Origin: a virus
Taxonomy: Duplodnaviria > Caudoviricetes
Reading direction: 5' to 3' (one strand)
Virus record (IMG/VR): IMGVR_UViG_3300025647_000037
Span: 1-60,395 of that record
Length of the DNA: 60,395 nucleotides
Positions 9,408-19,100 of this stretch are shown here, one piece after another. Under the pieces are notes generated by a model. It was given only the letters and a program-made list of their open reading frames with translations, had not been told where the DNA came from and ran no database searches. Every line of letters starts with the position of its first letter. Position 1 is the stretch's first letter. The position numbers were made by a program, and so were the translations under genes.

Positions 9408-10502
9408 ATGGAAGAGCAAATTCAATCCAACGAAGCTCCTCAGGTGGAGCAACCAGAAGTCCAGGAATCATCACCTGGGCTTCAGTTCTTTGACAACGTA
9501 AACGATCTGGCCGCTAGCTTTGAGCAGCAACCACAGCAGGAAGAACCTGTCGTGGAGGAGCCTCAGCAGTACGAAGAGTCTGCATACGTAGACCCTGAGG
9601 CCTCGCCAGTTCAAACCAACGACGAAGTAATCTCCGACGAAGAGGCGGAGCGTATGATGCTGCAGTACATGGGCGAGAAGCTCGGTAGGCAGTTCGGATC
9701 GTTCGACGACTTCAACACGTCGGAGCCAACCCAACAACAACTTGACGAGCGTGTAGAGGCTATCGCTCGCTTCGTTAATGAGACAGGACGCTCACCAGAG
9801 GACTGGTTTGCATATCAGCGACTCAACCCATCCGAGATGGATGACTACAACGCTGTACGTGTGCACATGGCCACTGAGTACGCATCACTGTCTGCTGACG
9901 AGGTGAACACTCTCATGCAAGGAAAGTACAAGCTGAATCCTGACATGTATAGTGAGGACGAGGTTAAGATGGCACAGCTTCAGCTGAAGATCGATGCCCA
10001 GAATGCTAAGGAGGCTATTGGTAGAATGAGAGATTCTTACAAGCTCCCAGCACAGCAGGCTCAGGTCTCAGATGATGACGACCCCATCATTACGGACGAG
10101 TGGATCAACAACATGAGCAAGGAGGTAGACTCCCTGACGGGTCTTGAGTTTGACCTTGGTCAGGGTAAGACCTGGACGTTCGGGTTGAACGATCAGTACA
10201 AGTCCACACTAAAGGAGAAGAACGCAAGGCTTGACGAGTTCTTCGACCCATACGTACGAGATGACGGAAGCTGGGATTATGACACGCTCTCGTCTCACCG
10301 CGCTGTAATTGACAACATCGATCAAATCGTCTCGTCTGTTTACAGACAGGGGTTGAGCGACGGTCAACGAGGTGTGGTGAGCAAGGCAGCGAATATCTCA
10401 ACGAAGTCACCAGTACAAAGTCAAGCACCAACTTCTAACCCGCTTACCGATCAACTAAGAACTATTCTCGGTAACGGAAACAAAATGACTTTTAACATCT
10501 AA
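9408..10502 (+). CDS. Probable capsid scaffolding protein
   Basis: Acidic Glu/Gln/Pro-rich N-terminus, helical, immediately upstream of capsid gene. Confidence 0.65.
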   Translation: MEEQIQSNEAPQVEQPEVQESSPGLQFFDNVNDLAASFEQQPQQEEPVVEEPQQYEESAYVDPEASPVQTNDEVISDEEAERMMLQYMGEKLGRQFGSFDDFNTSEPTQQQLDERVEAIARFVNETGRSPEDWFAYQRLNPSEMDDYNAVRVHMATEYASLSADEVNTLMQGKYKLNPDMYSEDEVKMAQLQLKIDAQNAKEAIGRMRDSYKLPAQQAQVSDDDDPIITDEWINNMSKEVDSLTGLEFDLGQGKTWTFGLNDQYKSTLKEKNARLDEFFDPYVRDDGSWDYDTLSSHRAVIDNIDQIVSSVYRQGLSDGQRGVVSKAANISTKSPVQSQAPTSNPLTDQLRTILGNGNKMTFNI

Positions 10503-10514
10503 GACTAAGAAATT

Positions 10515-11861
10515 ATGGCTACAGTAGGAACTCCTGGAGTCGGTACGCAACCAACCTTTGCTACTGATCCCAGTAAGTATACAACCATCCACGATCTGTT
10601 GGATGTAAACAAGCATGACAACAGAGACCTGTTGATCAAGACGTACGGTGATCAGGGTATCACTGGATTTTTGGAATTGACTGGCGCAACCAAGTCCGCT
10701 GGCACGAACGACTTCGTTCAGTACTGGGAGGAGGAGCGTCGTCACAGACTTGTCGCCCTGACTGGAACAGCACCTTCTGGCACAGGTGGCACTGTCACTC
10801 TGGGTACACCTCTCTCTGGAGACAACATTCTCGAAGGGCAAACCGTTGTCATGAATGCTGAGTCAGGTGAAGTATTCATCTGCACCACTGCAAGCACAGT
10901 GTTTAAGCGTTTGGATGGAACTACATCTAACACTGCATGGGCCGCTACAGACAGCTTGATCATCCTGGGCAACATGTACGATCAAGGTTCACCAGCGCCT
11001 GAAAACTTCATGAAGACGGACGCCACCAAGCGTAACAACTCCTTCATGATCATCAAGGACTTGTACGAAGTAAACGGTTCACAGGCTACCAACATCGGTT
11101 GGGTGAATGTCGGTGGCGATTACAGATGGTACATCCACGGTGAGCAGGAGACTCGTAAGCGCTTCTTGGACAAGAGAGAGATGATGATGCTCTTCGGTCA
11201 GTTGACTGGAGCGGATTCTTCTACCATCGCTACAAACAACGGTGGTGTTGCTGGTTCTGAAGGTTACTTCGCAGCTATCAATGACAGAGGTATCGAGGTT
11301 ACCAACGGCAGCGCTAATCCTCTCGACTCTTTTGCTGAGTTCGACAACATCATCCTTGAGCTCGACAAGCAGGGCGCTCCTTCTGAGTACGCCATGTACG
11401 TCAACAGAACTCAGGACTTGGCTATCGACGACATGCTTGCTTCTGGTATCTCTTCTGCTGTTACCGCTGGTCTCCCAGGTCAGTTCGGTGCATTCCAGAA
11501 CTCACCAGATATGGCCGTTCAGCTTGGATTCAAGAGCTTCACTCGCGGTGGATACACGTTCCACAAGCACGACTGGAAGTTGTTGAACGATCCTACTTTG
11601 TTGGGTGCTTCTACTAAGTACATGGGTGCTATGGTTCCTTTGACTCAGGTCACTGATCCACGCACTGGTACTAAGGCCCCATCATTGGAGTTGAACTACA
11701 AGGAGGCAAACGGTTACAGCCGTGAGCTTGAGCACTGGGTACGCGGTGGTGGTGTCTTCGGACACAACGAGTTGTCTAAGGACGTTGCAGAGATGCACTA
11801 CCGTTCTGAGATCTGCTTGATCACTCGCGCTGCTAACCAGCACGTTGCTCTTAAGGGATAA
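10515..11861 (+). CDS. Major capsid protein
   Basis: 448 aa after scaffold; strong codon bias; GSEGYFAAI.DRG, LDKQGA, LGFKSFTRGGYTFHKHDW, HYRSEICL...AAN; followed by strong hairpin. Confidence 0.88.
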   Translation: MATVGTPGVGTQPTFATDPSKYTTIHDLLDVNKHDNRDLLIKTYGDQGITGFLELTGATKSAGTNDFVQYWEEERRHRLVALTGTAPSGTGGTVTLGTPLSGDNILEGQTVVMNAESGEVFICTTASTVFKRLDGTTSNTAWAATDSLIILGNMYDQGSPAPENFMKTDATKRNNSFMIIKDLYEVNGSQATNIGWVNVGGDYRWYIHGEQETRKRFLDKREMMMLFGQLTGADSSTIATNNGGVAGSEGYFAAINDRGIEVTNGSANPLDSFAEFDNIILELDKQGAPSEYAMYVNRTQDLAIDDMLASGISSAVTAGLPGQFGAFQNSPDMAVQLGFKSFTRGGYTFHKHDWKLLNDPTLLGASTKYMGAMVPLTQVTDPRTGTKAPSLELNYKEANGYSRELEHWVRGGGVFGHNELSKDVAEMHYRSEICLITRAANQHVALKG

Positions 11862-11876
11862 TTAACCTGAAGTGAC

Positions 11877-11900
11877 GAGAGAGCCCTTCGGGGCTTTCTC
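11877..11900 (+). terminator. C(UUCG)G hairpin after capsid gene (leaky terminator or stabiliser)
   Basis: GAGAGAGCCC-TTCG-GGGCTTTCTC, weak U tract. Confidence 0.65.
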
Positions 11901-11923
11901 TTAGCTTCATAATCTTTCAAGAC

Positions 11924-12334
11924 ATGGCACTTATTCCAGTTTTTGTTCCAGACGGATCTGCAACAACTCAAGCGTTCACGACGTCAACGAGTGAGATCGA
12001 TCCAGCTGGAGCTTACGAGGTGAAGGCTAGTAACACTGGGGCTGCGGTAGCGACCCTCCCAACTCCAGTCGCTAAGCACACAAAGCTGAAGGACAGCAAT
12101 GATCAGATTATTGACCCTTCAGTTGTTTACGGACAGTACATCAAGTTGTCAATTGCGACCCTTGGCACTAGCTGGACCGTTACTTACTACGACGCATCCG
12201 AAGGAGCTTCTTATGAAGCAGCCTTCAACAACGCAGCTGATGAGCTTGTTTTGGTTGCAGTACCAGTATCAGGCGATCAGCTCGGTGGCTACATGGTTGT
12301 TGAGAACAACTCAGTTGTCCTGACTGCCGCATAA
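11924..12334 (+). CDS. Putative capsid accessory protein
   Basis: 136 aa beta-rich ORF right after capsid gene. Confidence 0.5.
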   Translation: MALIPVFVPDGSATTQAFTTSTSEIDPAGAYEVKASNTGAAVATLPTPVAKHTKLKDSNDQIIDPSVVYGQYIKLSIATLGTSWTVTYYDASEGASYEAAFNNAADELVLVAVPVSGDQLGGYMVVENNSVVLTAA

Positions 12335-12342
12335 GCTGTAAC

Positions 12343-13638
12343 GTGAAGCGTAAGTACTTTCTCTTTAGGAAGGAAGACCTAAGTCTGCTAAGCTCCTCCT
12401 CGTCTGACACGGGGAAGGGGCTTAGCGTCTTTGGAGTGAATGCAGACTCTATGTCCTACATCACCGCCATTCAAGGTGGTGTCGTCATGTATTTCAACAA
12501 CGCCACGCCATACGAGCAGAGCGCACTCACTGACGGTGAGTCATTCGAGAAGGCAGAGGTTACTGTCAACTGCGAGGAGGGTAGAGAGGTTGACCTGATA
12601 GAGTCTATCATGAAGTTCCTCGGAAGCGACAACTCTGACACCATCATGAGGTTTGACTCTGTTGATCAGAGATCGGACATCAAGGAGGTGAAGACGTCTC
12701 TGTCTGTTGGGGCAACCATTAAATCCCACCCAATCAATAGGGTTACTAGGGAGGTCAGCTTCCAGTCAGACAACTCCTTCACCCCTAGCACTGGCAATGT
12801 CATAAACGACATAGACTTCTACGTCGCTTCAAATAAGCCCATCCTAGATCTTGAAGCGGAGAACGCAACCTACAATGCATCATCTCCATTTGAGCTCACC
12901 GCTTGGGCTAACAGCGGAACAGGCGGATCTGACTATGACGTCAACGCGGCAGGATCTGTAGGCTCAAACATCGTAAACGTTTCGGCTGGTTCATCGACTG
13001 GGCTGTCCAAGGATTCAGCCAGCTTTGCTCTTAACAGCTACACCGTTCTCTCCAACACCCTCACGGTTAAGGATGACTACACCATGTATGTGGTTTACTC
13101 ACCGAATGTAGGGAGTACCGCAGAGACGCACGGGGTGCTCTACGGGAGCACCTCTGGTAACAGCATGGGGTTGAACGTGGTCAACGAGGACGCCACGAAG
13201 AGCTCCAGTCAGCTCAGCACATTTGGCGTTAGACACGAGGGCAGCACGGCCACCCCAGCCATTTCCAGAACAGATACGACAGAGTTTAACACTGTCTCTT
13301 ACACCTACCCAGTTCTTGACAGCGACAACCCTGACTATCAGCAGTGCTACGTGTTTGTGATCAGGAGGGACGCTTACAACAACCTCTTCATGTACAATCA
13401 CAATGGCGATGTTGTGGCCGCCATAAAAGAGAACTACGACAAAAAGTTTTCTCCGCTTGGCACACTGCCAGGGGATACCACTGGAAACCTTGTGCTAGAT
13501 CAGATAGGAAGCGCAGGCGGGAACACTCAGTCGTCCTTCAAGGGTAGACTTGCTAGGTTGGGTGTTATTGAGAAGGACATTGGTGATGCTCAATGTCGTA
13601 AATTAGCAGAGGACTTATTTAATCTATACAAATTCTAA
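12343..13638 (+). CDS. Structural protein with C-terminal lectin/LamG-like domain
   Basis: GTG start; WANSG, DYTMYVV, FKGRLARLGVI motifs. Confidence 0.55.
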   Translation: MKRKYFLFRKEDLSLLSSSSSDTGKGLSVFGVNADSMSYITAIQGGVVMYFNNATPYEQSALTDGESFEKAEVTVNCEEGREVDLIESIMKFLGSDNSDTIMRFDSVDQRSDIKEVKTSLSVGATIKSHPINRVTREVSFQSDNSFTPSTGNVINDIDFYVASNKPILDLEAENATYNASSPFELTAWANSGTGGSDYDVNAAGSVGSNIVNVSAGSSTGLSKDSASFALNSYTVLSNTLTVKDDYTMYVVYSPNVGSTAETHGVLYGSTSGNSMGLNVVNEDATKSSSQLSTFGVRHEGSTATPAISRTDTTEFNTVSYTYPVLDSDNPDYQQCYVFVIRRDAYNNLFMYNHNGDVVAAIKENYDKKFSPLGTLPGDTTGNLVLDQIGSAGGNTQSSFKGRLARLGVIEKDIGDAQCRKLAEDLFNLYKF

Positions 13639-14468
13639 TGGAACAAACAACTAAGCGTCGTGCCACGAGCACGGCCAAGACCGAGGATTCGGTCAAGGAA
13701 GCGCCTGCCAAGCAGGTGAAGAAGAGCGCCCCCATCAAGCGCAAGGTAGAGGCCCCAACGTCTCGTGTCTATCAGACCGTGAACGGAGGTGGTATCGTAC
13801 ACATGATCCAGTCGAAGGGGATTACAATCTTTGACGAGGAGAGCGGTCAGGTGAGAGAGATGCGCTACTGCCCTAACGAGCCCTCTATCTGGAGGGACGA
13901 GCAGAGCGACAGCGCTCGAAAGGAGGCCGTTGTGTTTCGAAACGGAAACCTTATCGTACCTCGCACCAAGCCCAACCTGATGGAGTATCTCGACCGTCAC
14001 CCTGGGAACCAGGCGAACGGTGGCAACAACTTCAAGCTCGTCGACAATAAGAAGGATGCAGAGGTAAACCTCCAGAACGAGTTCTCCGTGAGCGAGGCTA
14101 TCATCGCTGTGCGCGACAAGTCGATTGAGGAGCTCCTCCCTATCGCCATCTACTTCGGAATGAACATCGATCGCAACGCCTCTGAGATTCGATTTGACTT
14201 GCTCCAGAGAGCTAAGAAGAATCCATCGGAGTTCCTTGGTGCCTTCGACTCACCGATCGTGAAAGTCAGAGCTCTGGTTAAGCAGTGCCAGTCTTACCAG
14301 ATCATCGCGCTGAAAGAGGACGGTGCTTACTGGTTTGACAGCAACAAGATGATCGTGGCCAACCCAGCTGGTCATGACTGCGACGACACGCTATCTCGAT
14401 TCCTCATGACAGAGAAGGGGGCAACGACCCACTCGTCTCTAGAGGAGAGGTTAGAGAAGCTCGGTTAA
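13638..14468 (+). CDS. Conserved-looking phage protein downstream of capsid
   Basis: REMRYCPNEPSIWRDEQ, FRNGNLIV, YLDRHP.N; 276 aa. Confidence 0.7.
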   Translation: MEQTTKRRATSTAKTEDSVKEAPAKQVKKSAPIKRKVEAPTSRVYQTVNGGGIVHMIQSKGITIFDEESGQVREMRYCPNEPSIWRDEQSDSARKEAVVFRNGNLIVPRTKPNLMEYLDRHPGNQANGGNNFKLVDNKKDAEVNLQNEFSVSEAIIAVRDKSIEELLPIAIYFGMNIDRNASEIRFDLLQRAKKNPSEFLGAFDSPIVKVRALVKQCQSYQIIALKEDGAYWFDSNKMIVANPAGHDCDDTLSRFLMTEKGATTHSSLEERLEKLG

Positions 14469-14473
14469 GAGCG

Positions 14474-14504
14474 GAGGGGGCCAACAGGTCCCCTCTTTCT
14501 TTTT
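14474..14504 (+). terminator. Rho-independent terminator
   Basis: GAGGGGGCC-AACA-GGTCCCCTC followed by TTTCTTTT. Confidence 0.8.
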
Positions 14505-14505
14505 G

Positions 14506-14513
14506 TATATTTG
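14506..14513 (+). promoter_or_regulatory. -7 box TATATTTG, 4 nt before ATG 14518
   Basis: Exact consensus immediately after terminator. Confidence 0.75.
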
Positions 14514-14517
14514 CTAC

Positions 14518-15285
14518 ATGATTAGTGTAGTTAGGGTGTTCAACGCGATCCGTGATCTCTGCAACGAGGATCAGAGAGGTTTTGTTACGCCTGAGGTATT
14601 CAACTCCTTTGCCGAGATTGCTCAGGAGGCTGTGTACGAGGACATGAAGGCTGAAGTCCTTGCGACTGACAGACTCAGGAAGTCCAACGCAGATCTTGGT
14701 GGTGTAGATTCCGCCAAGAGGGGTGGTAAGGATATTATGTCTGACTACTTGATTGAGGACGATCTCGTGGCTGGAGTTAAGGACTTAAGTGAGTTTCGTC
14801 TGATCTTCGAGAAGCCAAAGGACCTGGATAGGATAATTTCTATCACAACGAACATCATGGGCAACAGGGGTAAGACAAGCTACTGCGAGGTGCTGTACGA
14901 CGTGGAGAAGGTTGGGGCCATACTGAGAAGTAACCTCTCTGCCCCCACAGAGGAGTATCCTATTGCCATCATAACCAGCGACATAGAAGTCATCCCAGAT
15001 GATACCACAGGCATCAAGGTCACCCACTACAGGAGGCCTAGTTCTGTGTACGTGGCTGGGGTAAATGCTGGGGAACTTGACAGACAATCCTTTCCAAGAT
15101 ACGTCCCATTGCAGACCTCGGCTGCCACTGGACTCGTAGTACTTGATTCTATTAACTCAAGGAACTTTGATCTCCCTAGGGATAAGTTCCAGGATCTGGT
15201 CAACGAGATCGCTGGCATGATGGGGGTCAGACTCAGAGATCCGATGATTGCTGGATACTCTGCTCAACAACAAGCACAAGCGTAA
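14518..15285 (+). CDS. Tail ring / head-tail connector protein
   Basis: Start re-set to ATG 14518; NEDQRGFVTPEVFN.FA..AQ motif; first gene of tail operon. Confidence 0.65.
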   Translation: MISVVRVFNAIRDLCNEDQRGFVTPEVFNSFAEIAQEAVYEDMKAEVLATDRLRKSNADLGGVDSAKRGGKDIMSDYLIEDDLVAGVKDLSEFRLIFEKPKDLDRIISITTNIMGNRGKTSYCEVLYDVEKVGAILRSNLSAPTEEYPIAIITSDIEVIPDDTTGIKVTHYRRPSSVYVAGVNAGELDRQSFPRYVPLQTSAATGLVVLDSINSRNFDLPRDKFQDLVNEIAGMMGVRLRDPMIAGYSAQQQAQA

Positions 15286-15288
15286 TAC

Positions 15289-16149
15289 ATGGCAAGGAAC
15301 TACGTAACACTTAAGCAGGTCTTAGATGACTACAAGATCACGATGGATGCCGACGACTTTGTCAGCACCGCATCCGATGTGGCCATCAGGAACGTAGCTC
15401 TTCGAGGAATAAGAGAGATCGGGTTTGACGCTGGGAAGAAGGTCAAGTCACTGAAGCTTGACGTCGCCACCGCCAACGACACGGTGCCATTGCCAGATGA
15501 CTTTGTCGATCTCATCAAGATCGGAGGGGTGGGGTCTGATGGACTTGTATATGTCTTTGGCCACAACAAGAACATCAACTACTCCCAGGTAGACGGTACG
15601 ACTTACACAAACTCAGAGGACGATCCTCTGTACAGAGTCGGTGAGGAAATAACTGAGTTCAGCCCTGAGAACCGTGTGCTTGACAGGACTGACTCTAAGT
15701 CAGCCACCCCTGGGGTTTCTGACGAGGCCAACCCAACGAACGGGTTCGACTCATATCTGTTTAGGAACTACCTGTACGGTAGCAACGTCAGGACTCTGTA
15801 CGGCGTCGGTGGTGGACACATGAACGGGGAGTACAGACTCAACCTCGATCAGAACAGAATCGAGCTCAAGACTAACTCAAGCGTGACTCAGGTTGTGATT
15901 GAGTACGTCGCAGACGAGGCTAGGTCCTCCAACCCCATGGTTCACGTGTACTGCGAAGAAGCCCTTAGGTGCTACATATACTACAAGCTCTGCGAGAGAA
16001 AGTCCAGCGTACATGCTGGGGAGAAAGCTAGAGCCAGGACTGAGTACTACAACGAGCTCAGAAAGGCTAAGGCTAGGATGAACAACTTCACAAAGGAAGA
16101 GGCTCTCAAGACGATTAGAAAGAACTACAAGCAAGCTCCTAAGTACTAA
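15289..16149 (+). CDS. Tail ring / tubular protein
   Basis: LPDDFVDLIKIG, IEYVAD, VHVYCEEALRCYI motifs. Confidence 0.65.
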   Translation: MARNYVTLKQVLDDYKITMDADDFVSTASDVAIRNVALRGIREIGFDAGKKVKSLKLDVATANDTVPLPDDFVDLIKIGGVGSDGLVYVFGHNKNINYSQVDGTTYTNSEDDPLYRVGEEITEFSPENRVLDRTDSKSATPGVSDEANPTNGFDSYLFRNYLYGSNVRTLYGVGGGHMNGEYRLNLDQNRIELKTNSSVTQVVIEYVADEARSSNPMVHVYCEEALRCYIYYKLCERKSSVHAGEKARARTEYYNELRKAKARMNNFTKEEALKTIRKNYKQAPKY

Positions 16150-19100
16150 TGATTAACAAGGTAACGCCTAGGAAGAGAAACTCAGAGACAGACAAAAGAC
16201 TCGTAGCTCCAGATCAGTACACTGACGCTATCAACATCAGAGTCGAAAACTCTTTCTCAGAGTCTGGTGAAAACGCTAGCGGTAACGTAGGCGTTGTCAA
16301 GCCTGTTAGAGGAAACGAGGTGGCCAACATAAGTCTGGAGGACAACATGGTTGGCTATGACATACTCGGTAGAGTTCTTGACGTCCCAACCAACTGCCTA
16401 TACTTTGCTGCCGCCAACCCTAACGCTAACCTCAACGGTGTGTTCAAGGTCGACCCTTCGACTTCGGAGATATCGCCGATAGTTCAAACCAATTACTTTG
16501 GATGGAGCGCAGGTCCTCTGGGCGAGGGGCTTCCTCATGTCGACATGTGTCTCGCAAGGGACAAGAACGACAACGTGATCATATACATGACCGACGGTGT
16601 AAATGCACCATACAAGGTTGATGTGAACTTTCACCAAGATAACTCAACGATCAGCGGCGAGCAACTTTACGATGCGATCACGGTGTGCCAGCTCACACCT
16701 CACCAACCCATTTCGGCTCAGTTCACGTCGTCCGCCTCAGGGAAGCCATCCAACTTCAAGAGAATCAACGGGGTTCAGTTTGCATATCAGAACATCTATG
16801 AGACTGGAGAGATATCCGCTGTGTCATCGTATTCCAAGCTTCTCGTTCCACCACCTTACCTAGAGCAAGGCGCTGGTGATTTGAGTCAACTCGATGCGTA
16901 CGACACGATTGAGATAACAATCCCAGCTCAGCCGTCTTCTGTTGAAAGCGTTAGACTTCTTGTGAGGTTTGGTGAATCGGATCCGTTCTATGTGATCGAC
17001 GAACTTGCCAGCAATGGGTCTGCAATAACCAAGTCGTTTGACAACGATGAGGTTCTCAACACGCTACCAGAGAAGGAGTCGAACAGGCTGTATGACGCTG
17101 TTCCTATCAAGGCTCTGACAAACGAGATACAGGAGGACAGGCTGTTCTATGGCAACTACACGGAGGGCAGGTACAACACCCTCACAGCTGACAACACCGC
17201 TACGACAACTGCGACTCTAACCGTAGAGTACGCCGAGAGGCCTAATGACTTCAAATCTCTTGCGATAGACGTCGAACCCATGGTTCTTAGGCTAGACAAA
17301 GACGACGGTCTCCTGACAAAGGTTGGCATCAGTGAGGGAAGTGACGAGTCATACTACTGCAAGAATAGGATTGCTGGGTTTAGAGTCAAGCTACAGGGGG
17401 GAGTTGATGAAACCATAGAGGCTGGATCAATATTCTCCTTTGACCTAACCTTTCAGCCAGACAAGAACTGGCACCTGTACGAATCTTCGTCCTCGTTTCA
17501 TGGCAACAACGAGTTGTATGGATTTAACCCATCAGACGCTGATCACAAGTTCGCTAGTAATTTTAACTACAAGTATCTGTCGAGTCAAAGCAATTTCGGT
17601 AGCGGTAGCGTTAACCTTGACGCTGGAAATACAACAGCAACAAATGCAGAGTTTTACTGGCCAAGGTCTGCCTATGGATTTCCAGGTGTATCACCATCCA
17701 ACGGATCTCTAAACAACGCGCCGAGAAGAGCGCTAAGCGATGTCTTGTTCGCCGACGAAGAGCCAGCCAAGTGGATCCCAAAGACTGGTCCTTACAAGAA
17801 CCAAGCTATGGAGTGCATCTACGGCGCTTCACCAGCCAGCCCAGTCATACTGCGCGGTGGAGACATATACTTCTCCGTTAGGTTTAAGACGAATGTTGAC
17901 ATGTCTGCTTCGGAAGCGGTCAAGAAGCTTGCTGAAATTCTCTCTGAGAGCTCTGGAATTGACCCTGAAATTGAGGTTCTTCGAGAGATCACTAGGGGAG
18001 GTTATCAGATAGACCTGGGAGTCGGTGCTGATGCAAAGAAAAGGTTCAGCAGAACGGACAGCTTCTCAGATCTAGTCTGTCAAGTTGGGTTGAAAAATAT
18101 TTACGGCGCGGGCGACGACACCTACCTTGATGACAACATTCTCGGCGGCGGGGACATGAAGCCGTGCGGCTTCTTCGCCGTCAACAAGGCCGACCTTGAG
18201 TTTAGGCTGAGGGATCTATCCTCAGTCCCTCCTCACACATCCACATTCCTTTCTGAAGGTAGTGATTCAGACTCAGATAGCTACTTTCTAGCGATAGACC
18301 TCTCATCGATTAAGAACGTGGAGTTGGTCACGTGCGTTCCAGTTTTTGAGCACGAAACTAGTGGCTTTGATTGGTTCAACGCGTTTGATTACAGGCCCTT
18401 CTCAAATGAGAACAATCTCGATCTAAAGGCATCGTTAAGATATGCGGTTGCGTATGGTTTTGACGGCAATAATGAAGAAACAAATTACATAAACTTCGTC
18501 AGAGAGTATCAGATAGACGGTGAGCCAACGCTTGGTAATGGAGTGTGGCAAGGTAATGCAACACAAACTAAACTAGTTGGTGAGGATGTTTCTAACGACG
18601 CCCTGCATGTTCTTAGTCACAACACGACAGTTCATGGGTGGGTAGCTCACGGTGTAAACATACAAACGCCTCAAGACTTTCGTCTTACAGAGTCTGAGGC
18701 CAAAAACCTTTTCTACTCTCTTTACATCCCAGCAGCAGACAACTCTATAGGCAGCATTTACAATGCCGCTTCAGGGGCTACTACAACGATAGCCAATGTC
18801 TATCACCTGATGGCGAACTGGGGGCTTAATGAGTTTTCAGCAACAAACATCTTGGCCGAAGGCAATGGCGTGGGGGCTCTTCAAGAGCTAGCGGATAGCA
18901 ATACCCTCAACGCTATCTCACCCATGACTATGTGGTTCGGTAGGTTGAGTACACCTGGGACACCAGCAGGAAGCGGAGGTGACGATGGAAATGGAAACGA
19001 CGGTCAAAGCGGTGGCGCTCGACTGTCCATCAAGCTTCCCTACGAAGAGAACCCCCTGTTCAGAACTTTCGACGACTACGTCGCCAAGCTCAATGCGAAT

